A DNA stretch of 64,000 nucleotides from an uncultured Verrucomicrobiota bacterium (GTDB taxonomy: Bacteria > Verrucomicrobiota > Kiritimatiellia > CAIVKH01). Of this stretch, positions 1 through 11,402 are shown in pieces. The DNA lies in contig CALKUH010000050.1 of NCBI GenBank assembly GCA_937996795.1, positions 5,867 to 69,866 of the forward strand. The letters are read 5' to 3'. The notes under the pieces are model-generated. The model saw nothing but the letters and a program-made list of their open reading frames with translations. It had not been told where the DNA came from and did not search any database. Position numbers and translations under genes: made by a program. Each line of letters opens with the position of its first letter. Within the stretch, counting starts at the first letter, position 1.

Positions 1-98
1 GCGGCTGCAGGAAGCTCAGTCGTCGCGCGCGCTGCAATAATCCGCGCGCCCCATGCGTTCTCTCCACGGAAGCGCCACCGGATGGTGGCCACAGGAGA

Positions 99-650
99 AT
101 GATCATGAATGCATGGATGAAGACCTCGATGCTCGCGCTGGCGGTCACCGCACTCACGGCCACGGCCCAACCGGATGGCGGTCCGGGCGGACCCGGCAAG
201 GGCATGGAAAAAATGCGCCACGGCCTCGATCTCGGGCGCATGCTGGACAACGAAGAAGTCGTCCAGAAACTCGGCCTCACGGCGGACCAGGTGACGGCGC
301 TGAAGGCGCGCTTCGCCGAAGCGGAGAAGACCCTGATCAAATTGCGCGCCGACGCACAGCTCGCGGAAGCGGATGTCCGCCGCCTCATGCAGGACGACAC
401 CGTGGACCGCGCGGCCATTATGAAGGCGGTTGAAGCCGCCGGCGCCGCGCAACTCGCCGTGCGCAAGGCCATGATCGAAGAGCGCCTGGCGTTTCGTGAG
501 ATCGCCGGACCGGACGCCGCGAAGAAGGTCCGCCATCACATGGCCAAGCGGATGCAGGGCGGCGGCGGTCCCGAAGGCGAACGCCCGATGCGCAAGGAAA
601 AGAAGGAAAAGCGCGGACCCGGCGCGGGTGGCCCGCCGGTTGAGGAATAA
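99..650 (+). CDS. Periplasmic LTXXQ-motif protein (Spy/CpxP-like stress or chaperone family)
   Basis: N-terminal signal peptide (MKTSMLALAVTALTATAQP). Repeated L-T-x-x-Q motifs (LTADQVTALKARF) and a Lys/Glu-rich C-terminus, as in CpxP/Spy-type periplasmic proteins. Confidence 0.55.
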   Translation: MIMNAWMKTSMLALAVTALTATAQPDGGPGGPGKGMEKMRHGLDLGRMLDNEEVVQKLGLTADQVTALKARFAEAEKTLIKLRADAQLAEADVRRLMQDDTVDRAAIMKAVEAAGAAQLAVRKAMIEERLAFREIAGPDAAKKVRHHMAKRMQGGGGPEGERPMRKEKKEKRGPGAGGPPVEE

Positions 651-654
651 GTTG

Positions 655-700
655 GAAGCGTGATCGGTGACCGGTGATCAGTAACCGGTCACTGGTCACT
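655..700. repeat. GTGACCGGT / ACCGGTCAC palindromic short repeat (family member 1)
   Basis: gtgatcggtgaccggtgatcagtaaccggtcactggtcac lies between the convergent ends of the LTXXQ gene and murA. It shares GTGACC(A/G)GT units with the copies at 5311-5380 and 20292-20345. Confidence 0.6.
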
Positions 701-1969
701 TCTTTCCACATCGGCCCCGAGCGCCCGCAGGCGCTCGTCGACGTTTTCATAGCCGCGGTCGATGACCCCCGCGCTGTCGATGATGCTGGTGCCCTTCGCG
801 CACAGCGCCGCAATCAGCATCGCCATGCCCGCGCGAATGTCGGGCGAACTCATGTGGATGCCGTTCAGCCGCGCGGGGCCCTCGACGAGCACGCGGTGCG
901 GGTCGCACTGCACGATGCGCGCGCCCATCTCGATCAGGCGATCGACAAAGTACATGCGGCTCTCGAACATCTTTTCAAAAAACAGCATGCACCCGCGCGC
1001 CTGCGTCGCCAGCACGATGGCCACGCTCATCAGGTCCGACGGGAACGCCGGCCACGCACCGTCCTCGATTTTCGGGATCGCGCCGCCGAGGTCGCGCCGC
1101 ACGCGGAAATGGTTGTGCGCCGGCTGCACCAGCGTGTCGCCGTCCGGCTTCCACGCGACCCCGAGCTTGGAAAACGCGCGCGCGATGACGGCGAGCGTTT
1201 CGTTTTCCGGAAATCCCTCCACGCGCAACTCGCCGCCGGTCGCCGCCGCCGCGGCGAGGTAGCTGCCGGCCTCGATATAGTCGGGGCCGATCGTGTGCTC
1301 CGCGCCGCCGAGCGCCTCGACGCCCTCGATGCGGAGGCGGTTCGTGCCGAGCCCCTCGATGCGCGCGCCCATTTTGTTGAGCAGCGCGCCCAGGTCCTGG
1401 ACGTGCGGTTCGCACGCCGCGTTGGAGATCGTTGTCACACCATCCGCCGTGGCGGCGGACATCAGGATGTTTTCCGTTGCCGTGACGCTGGCCTCGTCCA
1501 GGAGCAGTGAGGCGCCGCGCAGGCGCCGTGCCGCGCGGAAGGAGAAGAAATCACCGCCCTCGATTTTGACACCCAGTGCACGGAGTCCGAGCAGGTGTGT
1601 ATCCACCCGCCGCCGCCCGATCACATCGCCGCCGGGCGGGAACAGCGTCGCGCGCCCGGTCCGCGCCACGAGGGGACCCGCGAAGAGAATCGATGCGCGC
1701 ACGCGCCGACACAATTCGCGATCCAGCCGTGAGCGCCGGATACGCTGCGCGCGCAGCGTCACCGAGTGGCCGTCGAGCTGGACATCCACCCCGAGCCCCT
1801 CGAGCAGTTCCAGCATGACGTGGACATCCACGATCCGCGGCAGGTTGCGCAACGTCACCGGCTGGTCCGTCAGCAGGCACGCCGTAAGCATCGGCAGCGC
1901 CGCATTCTTGTTGCCGACCGGACGGAAGGTCCCGGAGAGGCGCCGCTGGCCTTTGATGATGAAGCGCAT
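689..1969 (-). CDS. murA: UDP-N-acetylglucosamine 1-carboxyvinyltransferase
   Basis: Full-length (426 aa) match by eye to the MurA/EPSP-synthase fold family (MRFIIKGQRRLSGTFRPVGNKNAALP..., C-terminal IDRGYENVDERLRALGA). Confidence 0.93.
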   Translation of the reverse strand: MRFIIKGQRRLSGTFRPVGNKNAALPMLTACLLTDQPVTLRNLPRIVDVHVMLELLEGLGVDVQLDGHSVTLRAQRIRRSRLDRELCRRVRASILFAGPLVARTGRATLFPPGGDVIGRRRVDTHLLGLRALGVKIEGGDFFSFRAARRLRGASLLLDEASVTATENILMSAATADGVTTISNAACEPHVQDLGALLNKMGARIEGLGTNRLRIEGVEALGGAEHTIGPDYIEAGSYLAAAAATGGELRVEGFPENETLAVIARAFSKLGVAWKPDGDTLVQPAHNHFRVRRDLGGAIPKIEDGAWPAFPSDLMSVAIVLATQARGCMLFFEKMFESRMYFVDRLIEMGARIVQCDPHRVLVEGPARLNGIHMSSPDIRAGMAMLIAALCAKGTSIIDSAGVIDRGYENVDERLRALGADVERSDQ

Positions 1970-1984
1970 GGGGTTTTGGGGGAA

Positions 1985-2085
1985 GAAGGTGTCGGGTGTC
2001 AGGTGTCGGAGAGGAATCGAATTTACAGACGTTGTAAGGCCCCCAAAAAGTTTTTACAGACGTTGCAACTTTTTCTCCCCGACAC

Positions 2086-2092
<7 letters not shown>
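1985..2092. repeat. Intergenic composite element: GGTGTCGGGTGTCAGG left arm, two TTACAGACGTTG(C/T)AA motifs, CCCCGACACC right arm
   Basis: Read directly between the glmS stop and the murA start. Closely related copies occur at 11299-11380 and 43616-43680. Confidence 0.6.
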
Positions 2093-3912
<1,820 letters not shown>

Positions 3913-4075
3913 ACACGTGTCCTTCCCCCGAACGCGTCCACGCTGGAGACGGATCCGGGCCCTCGCATCGACCGCGCCCAGCGTGCGCGGCTATAGAAGA
4001 ATGAGACGGCATTAAGCAGCGCGCCGCGGCCTCCGTCAAGAGAGCCGCGGCGCGGGAATGAGCAATGAGGTGGAC

Positions 4076-4738
4076 TTACGGGAACTGGCCGCCGCGCGGA
4101 TAGGCCGCCGGCATGTTGGTCACTGCGCCTGAAAAGAAGAAGTTCGTGATGGTGGCCGTGCTCTTGTCCATGCTGTACACGCTGCCGCCGTAGGTCACGA
4201 CGACGCTGGCTTTGTCGTTGAAGGGCAAGGAGGAGCCACTCAATCCCTGAAACTGACCGAGATTCTTCGCGGCGGTAAGATTGATGTTTTGTGTGAAGAA
4301 CACAGGTGTGCCGGCGCCGGTGCCCGAGTTTACGCCGAGCGTCACGCACCAGGCGTTGCGCAGATCCGCGCCGCGGAATTCCGTCAGATCGCGGGCCGGG
4401 GAGATGCCCTTGGCCGCGAAGAAGGCGAAGTTGATGTTGAAGGACTCGTTCGTCGCGATTTTCTCGAAGAAGTCGTTCGAGTTCGGCAGCCCGTTCGTCG
4501 GCCAGGAAACGGAGCCGGCCGTCGCCTGCAAGCCGAGCGGGTTGCTCATGTCTTCGGCGAACATCAGCGTGTAGAGCTGCTTGCCGTTGCTGATGGTCTG
4601 GGTGACGTTGCCTTTCAGCAGCGCGTTGCTCACCGCCGGGGTCAGGATGGCGGCCAGCGTGGCGATGATCGCGATAACGACCAGCAATTCGATGAGGGTG
4701 AATCCCTTTTTCTGCAGACGGCGCAACAGCTTGATCAT
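4076..4738 (-). CDS. Prepilin-type N-terminal cleavage/methylation domain protein (pseudopilin-like)
   Basis: MIKLLRRLQKKGFTLIELLVVIAIIATLAAILTP is the classic GFTLIELLVVIAII class-III signal. A GGAG sits 6 nt upstream of this ATG. The ORF-track start at 4831 is probably too far upstream. Confidence 0.8.
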   Translation of the reverse strand: MIKLLRRLQKKGFTLIELLVVIAIIATLAAILTPAVSNALLKGNVTQTISNGKQLYTLMFAEDMSNPLGLQATAGSVSWPTNGLPNSNDFFEKIATNESFNINFAFFAAKGISPARDLTEFRGADLRNAWCVTLGVNSGTGAGTPVFFTQNINLTAAKNLGQFQGLSGSSLPFNDKASVVVTYGGSVYSMDKSTATITNFFFSGAVTNMPAAYPRGGQFP

Positions 4739-4841
4739 GATGAGCTCCTGTGGTTCTTTGAACGCGTTGTCGGCAGACCCGCGTTCACCCGGGAAAAAAG
4801 AGTACCCCGGGGGCCGCCCCGGCGTCAACACTCCGAACTTC

Positions 4842-5927
4842 GTGAAAACCAGCGATTTTGATTATGTCCTGCCCCCGGAACGGATCGCCCAGGATCCGGC
4901 GGAGCGCCGCGATGGATCACGCATGATGGTCCTCCACCGGGCCACCCGGCGATGGGAACACAAGCGCTTCACCGACCTGCCCTCATACCTGCGCGCGGGC
5001 GACCTGCTGGTCTTCAACGACACGAAGGTCATCCCGGCCCGCCTGTTCGGGCGCAAACCCGGCACCGGCGGCCTCGCCGAACTCTTCCTGCTCGAGGAGC
5101 GCGAGCCGGGGGTTTGGGACATCCTGCTGCGCTGCCGCCGCCGCCCCCATCCCGGAGGGCAGCTTGAGCTGGAGGGCGGGGGCTCCGCCGAGATTCTGTC
5201 CTATGGTGAACAAGGCGCGGCGACGGTCCGGTTCCACATCGACCGCCCGGTGCTCGCGTATTTGGAGATGCACGGGCATACGCCGCTGCCGCCTTACATT
5301 AAGAGAGTGACCGGTAATCAGTTATCAGTGACCAGTGAAGGCGCCGAACCGATCACCGGTCACCGGTCACCGGTCACGGACAAGGAGCGCTACCAGACCG
5401 TCTATGCGCGGGCGCCCGGCTCCGTGGCGGCGCCGACGGCGGGGTTGCATTTTACGCCCGGACTGCTGGAGCGCCTGGCCGCGCAGGGCATACCGCGCGC
5501 AGAGGTGACGCTGCACGTCGGGATTGGAACGTTCCGGCCCGTCAGCGCGGAGCGCGTCGAAGATCACGTGATGCACGAGGAGCGGTACTGCGTTCCCGAA
5601 GGGACCGCCCGCGCGATCGCGAACACCCGCGCGAACGGCGGACGTGTCGTTGCGGTGGGCACCACGACCGTGCGCACGCTGGAAAGTGTTTCGGCCCGGC
5701 ACGGCGCCGTCGTGGCGGATTCCGGGCGGACCGGCATCTTCATTTATCCGCCCTACACCTTCCGCGCGGTGGACGCGATGCTCACGAACTTCCACCTTCC
5801 GCAATCGACGTTGCTCATGATGATTTCCGCCTTTGCGGATCGCGAGTTCATCCTCGCCGCCTACGCCGAAGCCGTTAAGGAGCAGTACCGCTTTTTCAGC
5901 TACGGCGATTGCATGCTGATTCTGTAG
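4842..5927 (+). CDS. queA: S-adenosylmethionine:tRNA ribosyltransferase-isomerase
   Basis: The SDFDYVLPPERIAQDP N-terminus, PLPPYIKR, ERYQTVYA and AAPTAGLHFT motifs match QueA. The start is inferred as the GTG at 4842, since the ORF track begins upstream at 4581. The gene carries an in-frame repeat-derived insertion (see findings). Confidence 0.85.
   Translation: MKTSDFDYVLPPERIAQDPAERRDGSRMMVLHRATRRWEHKRFTDLPSYLRAGDLLVFNDTKVIPARLFGRKPGTGGLAELFLLEEREPGVWDILLRCRRRPHPGGQLELEGGGSAEILSYGEQGAATVRFHIDRPVLAYLEMHGHTPLPPYIKRVTGNQLSVTSEGAEPITGHRSPVTDKERYQTVYARAPGSVAAPTAGLHFTPGLLERLAAQGIPRAEVTLHVGIGTFRPVSAERVEDHVMHEERYCVPEGTARAIANTRANGGRVVAVGTTTVRTLESVSARHGAVVADSGRTGIFIYPPYTFRAVDAMLTNFHLPQSTLLMMISAFADREFILAAYAEAVKEQYRFFSYGDCMLIL
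5311..5380. repeat. GTGACC(A/G)GT repeat copy 2, in frame inside queA
   Basis: agtgaccggtaatcagttatcagtgaccagtga...gatcaccggtcaccggtcaccggtcac. It is translated as VTGNQLSVTSEGAEPITGHRSPVT between the conserved PLPPYIKR and ERYQTVY blocks. Confidence 0.65.
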
Positions 5928-5952
5928 GAAATGCCGCGCCGCGCGGCATTTC

Positions 5953-7203
5953 CTACCACGCCGGGATCCGCTCGCCCCGCACCAGGTCCTCGAACGTCTC
6001 GCGCGAGCGCACGACTTCGTGGCGGCCGCCGCTGACCATGATCTCGGCCGCGCGGGTGCGGCTGTTGTAGTTGGAGGACATCGAGAACGCGTAGGCGCCG
6101 GCGCTGTGCACGGCGAGCAGGTCGCCCTGTTGCGCGGCGGGCAGGTCGCGGTCCAGCGCGAGGAAGTCGCCCGACTCGCAGACCGGGCCGACGACATCGC
6201 CGAACACCGTGCCGTCGGTTTGCTTCACGGCGGAAATTTCGTGGTGCGCCTGGTAGAGCGGCGGGCGGATCAGGTCGTTCATCGCCGCGTCCACGATCAG
6301 GAACTGCTTGGACGGCCCCTGCTTCACGTATTGCACGCGCGTCACGAGCAGGCCGGCGTTGCCGACGATGAACCGGCCCGGCTCCATCAGGATCTGCACG
6401 CCCAGCGGCTTGAGGATCGGCACCACCGCGTCCGCAAACGTCTTCGGCAGCAGCGGCTCCTGGTCGGGGCGGTAGCGGATGCCGATGCCGCCGCCGATGT
6501 CGAGCATGCGGAACGTCGGATAGCGCGCCTTCAACTGGCGGCACACCTGCGCCACTTTTTCCGCGGCCTCCGCGTACGGCTGCGCGGACAGGATCTGCGA
6601 GCCGATGTGCATGTGAAGGCCCGCGATTTCGAGCCCCGGCAGCTTCGCGGCCCGCTCGTAGATTTGCAGGGCGCGCAGGATGTCGACGCCGAACTTGTTC
6701 TCCTTCTTGCCCGTGCTGATGTACTTGTGCGTCTTCGGGTCGACATCCGGATTCACGCGGATCGCGATCCGCCCCGTCACGCCCATCGCGGTCGCGCGCG
6801 CGGAGATGCGGTCCAGCTCGGCCTCCGATTCCACGGTGAACAGCAGGATGTTCTCGCGCAGCGCCGCGTCAATCTCGTCCTCCGTCTTGCCCACGCCCGC
6901 GAACGTGATCTTGTCCGCCGGGATGCCCGCGCGCCGCGCGCGCGCCAGCTCGCCCGCCGACACGACGTCCGCCCCCGCGCCCTCCGCCGCCAGCGTCGCG
7001 ATCACCGCTGCGTTCGAGTTCACCTTCACCGCGTAGCAGACCAGCGGCTTCAGCTCCGCCAGCGCGTCCTTCAGCGCGCGGAAATGCGCCTGGATATAGG
7101 TCCGGCTGTAGATGAACAGCGGCGTCCCATACCGTTCCGCCAACTCCGCCACCGCCACGTCTTCCGCGAACAACTGACCACCGCGATACGTAAAGACTTC
7201 CAT
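5953..7203 (-). CDS. lysA: Diaminopimelate decarboxylase
   Basis: Fold-III PLP decarboxylase signature (YAVKVNSN, GxHxHIGSQ, EPGRFIVG, CESGD). Start chosen at MEVFTYRGG, which has an upstream GGAG. Confidence 0.9.
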   Translation of the reverse strand: MEVFTYRGGQLFAEDVAVAELAERYGTPLFIYSRTYIQAHFRALKDALAELKPLVCYAVKVNSNAAVIATLAAEGAGADVVSAGELARARRAGIPADKITFAGVGKTEDEIDAALRENILLFTVESEAELDRISARATAMGVTGRIAIRVNPDVDPKTHKYISTGKKENKFGVDILRALQIYERAAKLPGLEIAGLHMHIGSQILSAQPYAEAAEKVAQVCRQLKARYPTFRMLDIGGGIGIRYRPDQEPLLPKTFADAVVPILKPLGVQILMEPGRFIVGNAGLLVTRVQYVKQGPSKQFLIVDAAMNDLIRPPLYQAHHEISAVKQTDGTVFGDVVGPVCESGDFLALDRDLPAAQQGDLLAVHSAGAYAFSMSSNYNSRTRAAEIMVSGGRHEVVRSRETFEDLVRGERIPAW

Positions 7204-7238
7204 GATAACTCCGCGAATTTTCGCGAATGGGCGCGAAT

Positions 7239-7622
7239 TTATCGAGAACTGTCCAGGACGATTCGTTCCCATTCAAGCGATGAATTTCTAAAGTTCAGAA
7301 TCAGACCAACCTTGAGACCTGTCACGCGCAGATAGTTCAGCATTTGCGCCCGCTCCACATCCGTGATCTCCGCGATGCTTTTCGCATCAACGATTACGCG
7401 ACCCTCAACCACAAGATCCGGAATGTACTCATCCACCTGCTCGCCGCGGTAGTGAATCGGATAGGACGACTGTTTTGAAAAGGAAATGGATTCAAAACGG
7501 AAGTCGACCTCAAGCGCTCGCTCGTACGTTTTCTCCCGCAATCCGCGCCCCACCTCGCCATGAACACGCATCGCGCACCCGACGATGCGGAACACCAACT
7601 CCTTCTCCAACAACTCCGCCAT
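7239..7622 (-). CDS. GxxExxY family protein (PD-(D/E)XK-like)
   Basis: ELLEKELVFRIVGCAMRVHGEVGRGLREKTYERALEVDF matches the GxxExxY family consensus. About 127 aa. Confidence 0.7.
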   Translation of the reverse strand: MAELLEKELVFRIVGCAMRVHGEVGRGLREKTYERALEVDFRFESISFSKQSSYPIHYRGEQVDEYIPDLVVEGRVIVDAKSIAEITDVERAQMLNYLRVTGLKVGLILNFRNSSLEWERIVLDSSR

Positions 7623-7662
7623 GAAACTCCCCATTCGCGCCCATTTGCGCTAATTAGCGGAG

Positions 7663-8865
7663 TTATTTCTGCCCCATCTTCGCCCGCACGCGGAGGCGGA
7701 GGGCGTTGAGTTTGATGAAGCCGGTCGCGTCGCTTTGGTTGTAGCCGCCCGCGCCCTCGAAGCTGGCCATGTGCGGGTCGTAGAGCGACTTCCGCGCCTT
7801 GCGGCCGACCACGCTCGCGGTGCCCTTGTAGAGCTTGATTCGCGCGACGCCGGTCACGTTCGCCACCGCCTCGTCCATCGCCGTCTGCAGCATCTCGCGC
7901 TCCGGCGCGTACCAGAAGCCGTTGTACACCAGCTTCGCGTACTGCGGGATCAGGCTGTTGCGCAGGTGCAGCACTTCGCGGTCCATCGTGAGCTGCTCCA
8001 CCGCCTCGCGCGCGCGGTGCAGAATCGTGCCGCCCGGCGTCTCGTACACGCCGCGGCTCTTCATGCCGACGAACCGGTTCTCGACGAGATCGATGCGGCC
8101 CACGCCGTGCTTGCCGCCCAGCTTGTTCAGCACCTGCATCACGCCGAGCGGGTTCAGTTTCTTCCCGTTCACCGCCACCGCGTTGCCGGCCTTGAATTCC
8201 ACCTCGACATACTCCGGCTTCGCCGGCGCCTGCTCCGGGCTCACGCTCAGCTTGAACATGTCCGCCGGCGGCTCGTTCCACGGATCCTCCAGGATGCCGC
8301 CCTCGAAGCTGATGTGCAGCAGGTTGCGGTCCATCGAATACGGCTTCTTCGCCGACGCCTCGACCGGGATGCCGTGCGCCTCGCAATACGCCAGCATGTC
8401 ATTGCGCCCGGTGAACTGCTTGCGGTAGCGCTCCTCGCGCCACGGCGCGATCACCTGGATGCCGGGCCGCAGCGCGTACGCCGTCAGCTCGAACCGTACC
8501 TGGTCGTTGCCCTTGCCCGTCGCGCCGTGCGCGATCGCATCCGCGCCCTCGGCCACCGCGATCTCCACCATCCGCTTCGCGATCAGCGGGCGCGCGATCG
8601 ACGTGCCCAGCAGGTAGCCGCTCTCATACACCGCGCCCGCGCGGATCATCGGGAACACGAAATCGCGCGCGAACTCTTCGCGCAGGTCGTCCACATAGCA
8701 CTTCGCCGCGCCGGACTTCCGCGCCTTCGCCTTGAGCCCCTTGAGCTCCTCCTCCTGCCCGACATCCGCCGCGAAGCAGATCACCTCCGCGTTGTACGTC
8801 TCCTTGATCCACCCGAGGATCACCGACGTGTCCAGACCGCCCGAATATGCCAATACCACGCGCAT
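7663..8865 (-). CDS. argG: Argininosuccinate synthase
   Basis: [17 protein letters not shown]-loop ATPase start with conserved ArgG blocks throughout; 400 aa. Confidence 0.95.
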   Translation of the reverse strand: MRVVLAYSGGLDTSVILGWIKETYNAEVICFAADVGQEEELKGLKAKARKSGAAKCYVDDLREEFARDFVFPMIRAGAVYESGYLLGTSIARPLIAKRMVEIAVAEGADAIAHGATGKGNDQVRFELTAYALRPGIQVIAPWREERYRKQFTGRNDMLAYCEAHGIPVEASAKKPYSMDRNLLHISFEGGILEDPWNEPPADMFKLSVSPEQAPAKPEYVEVEFKAGNAVAVNGKKLNPLGVMQVLNKLGGKHGVGRIDLVENRFVGMKSRGVYETPGGTILHRAREAVEQLTMDREVLHLRNSLIPQYAKLVYNGFWYAPEREMLQTAMDEAVANVTGVARIKLYKGTASVVGRKARKSLYDPHMASFEGAGGYNQSDATGFIKLNALRLRVRAKMGQK

Positions 8866-8916
8866 GATGTTTCTCCGTAAAAACTACGAATCCAACCTTG
8901 TTCCGCCGCTGAAATA

Positions 8917-11298
8917 ATGCTGCATGCGGCGCACCGGTTCTTGTATCGTGTGGCTTCCAATATGCAATATCCAAACGCGATGCGGCTGCCGCCTCGAGAA
9001 CGCGCGGTGCTGGCCGCGCTGGTGGTCCTCGCGCTGTGCATGCGCGGATATCTGGCGTGGGTGGGGCAGTGGTCCACCGACCCCGACCGCGGCATCGTGA
9101 ACCTCATGGCCCTGCACATGGCCGAGGGCCGCGCGTGGCCCGTGTTCTATTACGGGCAGGCCTACATGGGCAGCCTGGAACCGTTCCTCTCGTCCTTGTT
9201 CGTACGCCTGCTTGGCCCCTCCGGTTTTGCCGTCGGCCTCGGCACGGCGGTCCCGGCGGCGCTGCTCGTGATCCCCGTCTATTTCCTCGCGCGCCGGATC
9301 GCGGGCCCGCTGGCCGCGACGCTTGCCGCTGCTTTCCTCGTGATCGGCCCCGACCCGTTCGCGGCCTACATGTCGTCCCCGCGCGGCGGCTATGCGCTGG
9401 TCCTGCTGTTCAACACCTTGATCCTGCTTCTCGGTGCGCGCATGGCCGACCGGGCGTGGCGGCGGGAACCCCTCCCCGCTTCGGATTGGCTCTGGATCGG
9501 CCTGCTCGGCGGCCTCGGGTGGTGGATCGGCCCGATGGTGGTGTCGGCGCTCGGCGCCGCGGGACTCGTGGTGCTGGTCGCGCTGCGCGGCCGCTTCTGG
9601 ATTCCCGGGATCGCCTGGGCCGCCGGCGCGTTTGTAGCCGGCGCCGCGCCGTGGTGGCTCTGGAACGCGCGCAATGACTGGCAGTCGCTCTCGATGTTCA
9701 GCAGTGTTGGCGGCGCCTCGGTGGGAAGCGGCGCCGCGCGCCTGCTGCGCCGCACCTGGGACGCCCTCGGCTTCCCCGCGCTCGGCTGGTCGTCCGCCCT
9801 GCTTATCGGGCTCGTCCTCGCGCTTTTGCTCGCCTTCGTCGGCGCGGCGTATTGGCGGATGCGCCGCGATCCACGCCCGACCGCACCCTGGGCGCTCGCC
9901 GCAACGCTCCTGTTTGTCCTGTTGTTCGGCTATGCGTACAGCACGTCCAGTTTCAACCGGACGGAAACCCTCCGCTACCTGCTCCCGCTCTATCCCGCCG
10001 TCGCGGTGCTGTTCGGCGCCGCCTGCGCCGCGGCCGGCGCCCGATCCCGCGTCCTCGCCGTCCTGATGGCCCTGCCCTTTCTCGCGCCGCATGTGGAGGC
10101 GCGCCTGCGGAACCGGGGTCCGGACTCGCGCCGCGAAGAAATTGCGACCGCCGCCGCGTTCGCGGACGAGTTGTCCCGCCGCGGGATCGACGCCGTCTTC
10201 GCCTCGTATCACAACCACTGGAAAAATTTCGTCACCCGCGGCGCGTTCCCGTTTGTCGAGCCGAGCGGTGATTGCGTGCCGCTCAATGACTGCGCCGGCC
10301 TGCTCGCCCGGCGCCCCGCCTATCTCATCTCCAAGGACCTCGAAACCTTCGCCGATGCCACGCGCACCCGCGCGACCATGTGGAAACTGCGAGGGGGCAC
10401 GGTGGCGGTGGATCTACAGTGCGCGGCCACCCCGTCGCGCCCGCTGCCGGTGACGGACGTCGCCGCCGCCACCGTGGTGCCCGGCGGTGAAGAGAGCCGC
10501 GCGGCCCTCGACCAGAACGTCGCAACCAGCTGGCGCGCGGACAGCCTCAAGGACCACCCGGCCCCGGCGCTCGAACTTCGTCTCACCCGCCCCGTGTGTG
10601 TGACCGGACTGCGCCTCTTCAGCCGCTCGTGGCGCTACCCGCTCTACACGAAAATCGAAGGCCGCGCCGCCGGCACCGAGCCCTGGCAGTCCCTGACGCC
10701 CGATACGCGTCTCACCGATTGGTATTGGAGCGGGCCGCAACTCTATGCGCGGGATTTGTACTACGCGCCGGAAGTGAGCTGCCCCCCGACCACGGTCACG
10801 GAAATCCGGGTTTCCTGCCCCGCCTCGCCGAATCGCCCCTCGTACCGGTTCTACCTCTCCGAGGTCGTCGTGCTGGAGGCCGATGTGGAAGCCGAATCCT
10901 CCACGCCGCCCGATCCCGACGCCGTGATCGCACAGTGCCGCGCCACCGGCGTCCGCGCGATGTATGCCCACCGCTGGCTCGCCGACCGCATCGGGGTTCG
11001 CTCGCTGCCCGACCTTCAAACCGACTACTCCGCGCGCCTGCGCCGCACCACCAGCACCGCGCGCGGCGGCCCGCCCCACGGCTTCACCACCATCACCAAC
11101 CTCCACCATACCGCGTTCTACAGCACCCCCGCCTGCGCCGCCCACAACCGCGCCGTGCTCGAAACCGCCGGGTGCGCCATCGCGGAGGACCCCGTGCCCG
11201 GCGGACACCTGCTGCGCGTCACCCGCGCCCCCGCCACCGACGTCGCCTTCGTCTGGACCGGCGACCTGCTGCTGCGCGACGCCCCCGACACGCCGTAG
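8917..11298 (+). CDS. Multi-pass membrane glycosyltransferase (GT-C fold, GT39/ArnT-PMT-like) fused to a C-terminal F5/8 type C discoidin-like domain
   Basis: The N-terminal roughly 400 aa are highly hydrophobic with about 10 or more predicted TM segments, typical of ArnT/PMT-like GT-C enzymes. The C-terminal ALDQNVATSWRADSLKDHPAPALELRLTRPVCVTGLRL resembles a discoidin domain. The start codon is uncertain (M1, M16 or M22). Confidence 0.55.
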   Translation: MLHAAHRFLYRVASNMQYPNAMRLPPRERAVLAALVVLALCMRGYLAWVGQWSTDPDRGIVNLMALHMAEGRAWPVFYYGQAYMGSLEPFLSSLFVRLLGPSGFAVGLGTAVPAALLVIPVYFLARRIAGPLAATLAAAFLVIGPDPFAAYMSSPRGGYALVLLFNTLILLLGARMADRAWRREPLPASDWLWIGLLGGLGWWIGPMVVSALGAAGLVVLVALRGRFWIPGIAWAAGAFVAGAAPWWLWNARNDWQSLSMFSSVGGASVGSGAARLLRRTWDALGFPALGWSSALLIGLVLALLLAFVGAAYWRMRRDPRPTAPWALAATLLFVLLFGYAYSTSSFNRTETLRYLLPLYPAVAVLFGAACAAAGARSRVLAVLMALPFLAPHVEARLRNRGPDSRREEIATAAAFADELSRRGIDAVFASYHNHWKNFVTRGAFPFVEPSGDCVPLNDCAGLLARRPAYLISKDLETFADATRTRATMWKLRGGTVAVDLQCAATPSRPLPVTDVAAATVVPGGEESRAALDQNVATSWRADSLKDHPAPALELRLTRPVCVTGLRLFSRSWRYPLYTKIEGRAAGTEPWQSLTPDTRLTDWYWSGPQLYARDLYYAPEVSCPPTTVTEIRVSCPASPNRPSYRFYLSEVVVLEADVEAESSTPPDPDAVIAQCRATGVRAMYAHRWLADRIGVRSLPDLQTDYSARLRRTTSTARGGPPHGFTTITNLHHTAFYSTPACAAHNRAVLETAGCAIAEDPVPGGHLLRVTRAPATDVAFVWTGDLLLRDAPDTP

Positions 11299-11380
11299 CC
11301 GCGGCGAAAAATTACAGACGTTGCAAACGCCGAAAAAACTTTTTACAGACGTTGCAACTTCCTCCCTGACACCCGGCACC
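11299..11380. repeat. Intergenic composite element copy 2: two TTACAGACGTTGCAA motifs plus a CCCTGACACC arm
   Basis: aaaaattacagacgttgcaaacg ... aaaaaactttttacagacgttgcaacttcctccctgacaccc lies between the glycosyltransferase stop and the nth start. Confidence 0.6.
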
Positions 11381-11402
11381 TGAAACCCTCCTCACCCCAA
11401 AA

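Noticed and set aside
6019-8880. Antisense ORFs 6019..7335 +, 7735..8880 + and 7394..8386 - overlapping lysA and argG
   Set aside because: Shadow ORFs. lysA and argG are conserved full length on the other strand.
8884-11379. ORFs 8884..10218 - and 10414..11379 - opposite the glycosyltransferase gene
   Set aside because: Highly charged, repetitive, Arg/Gly/Glu-rich nonsense. The plus-strand frame encodes coherent TM helices.
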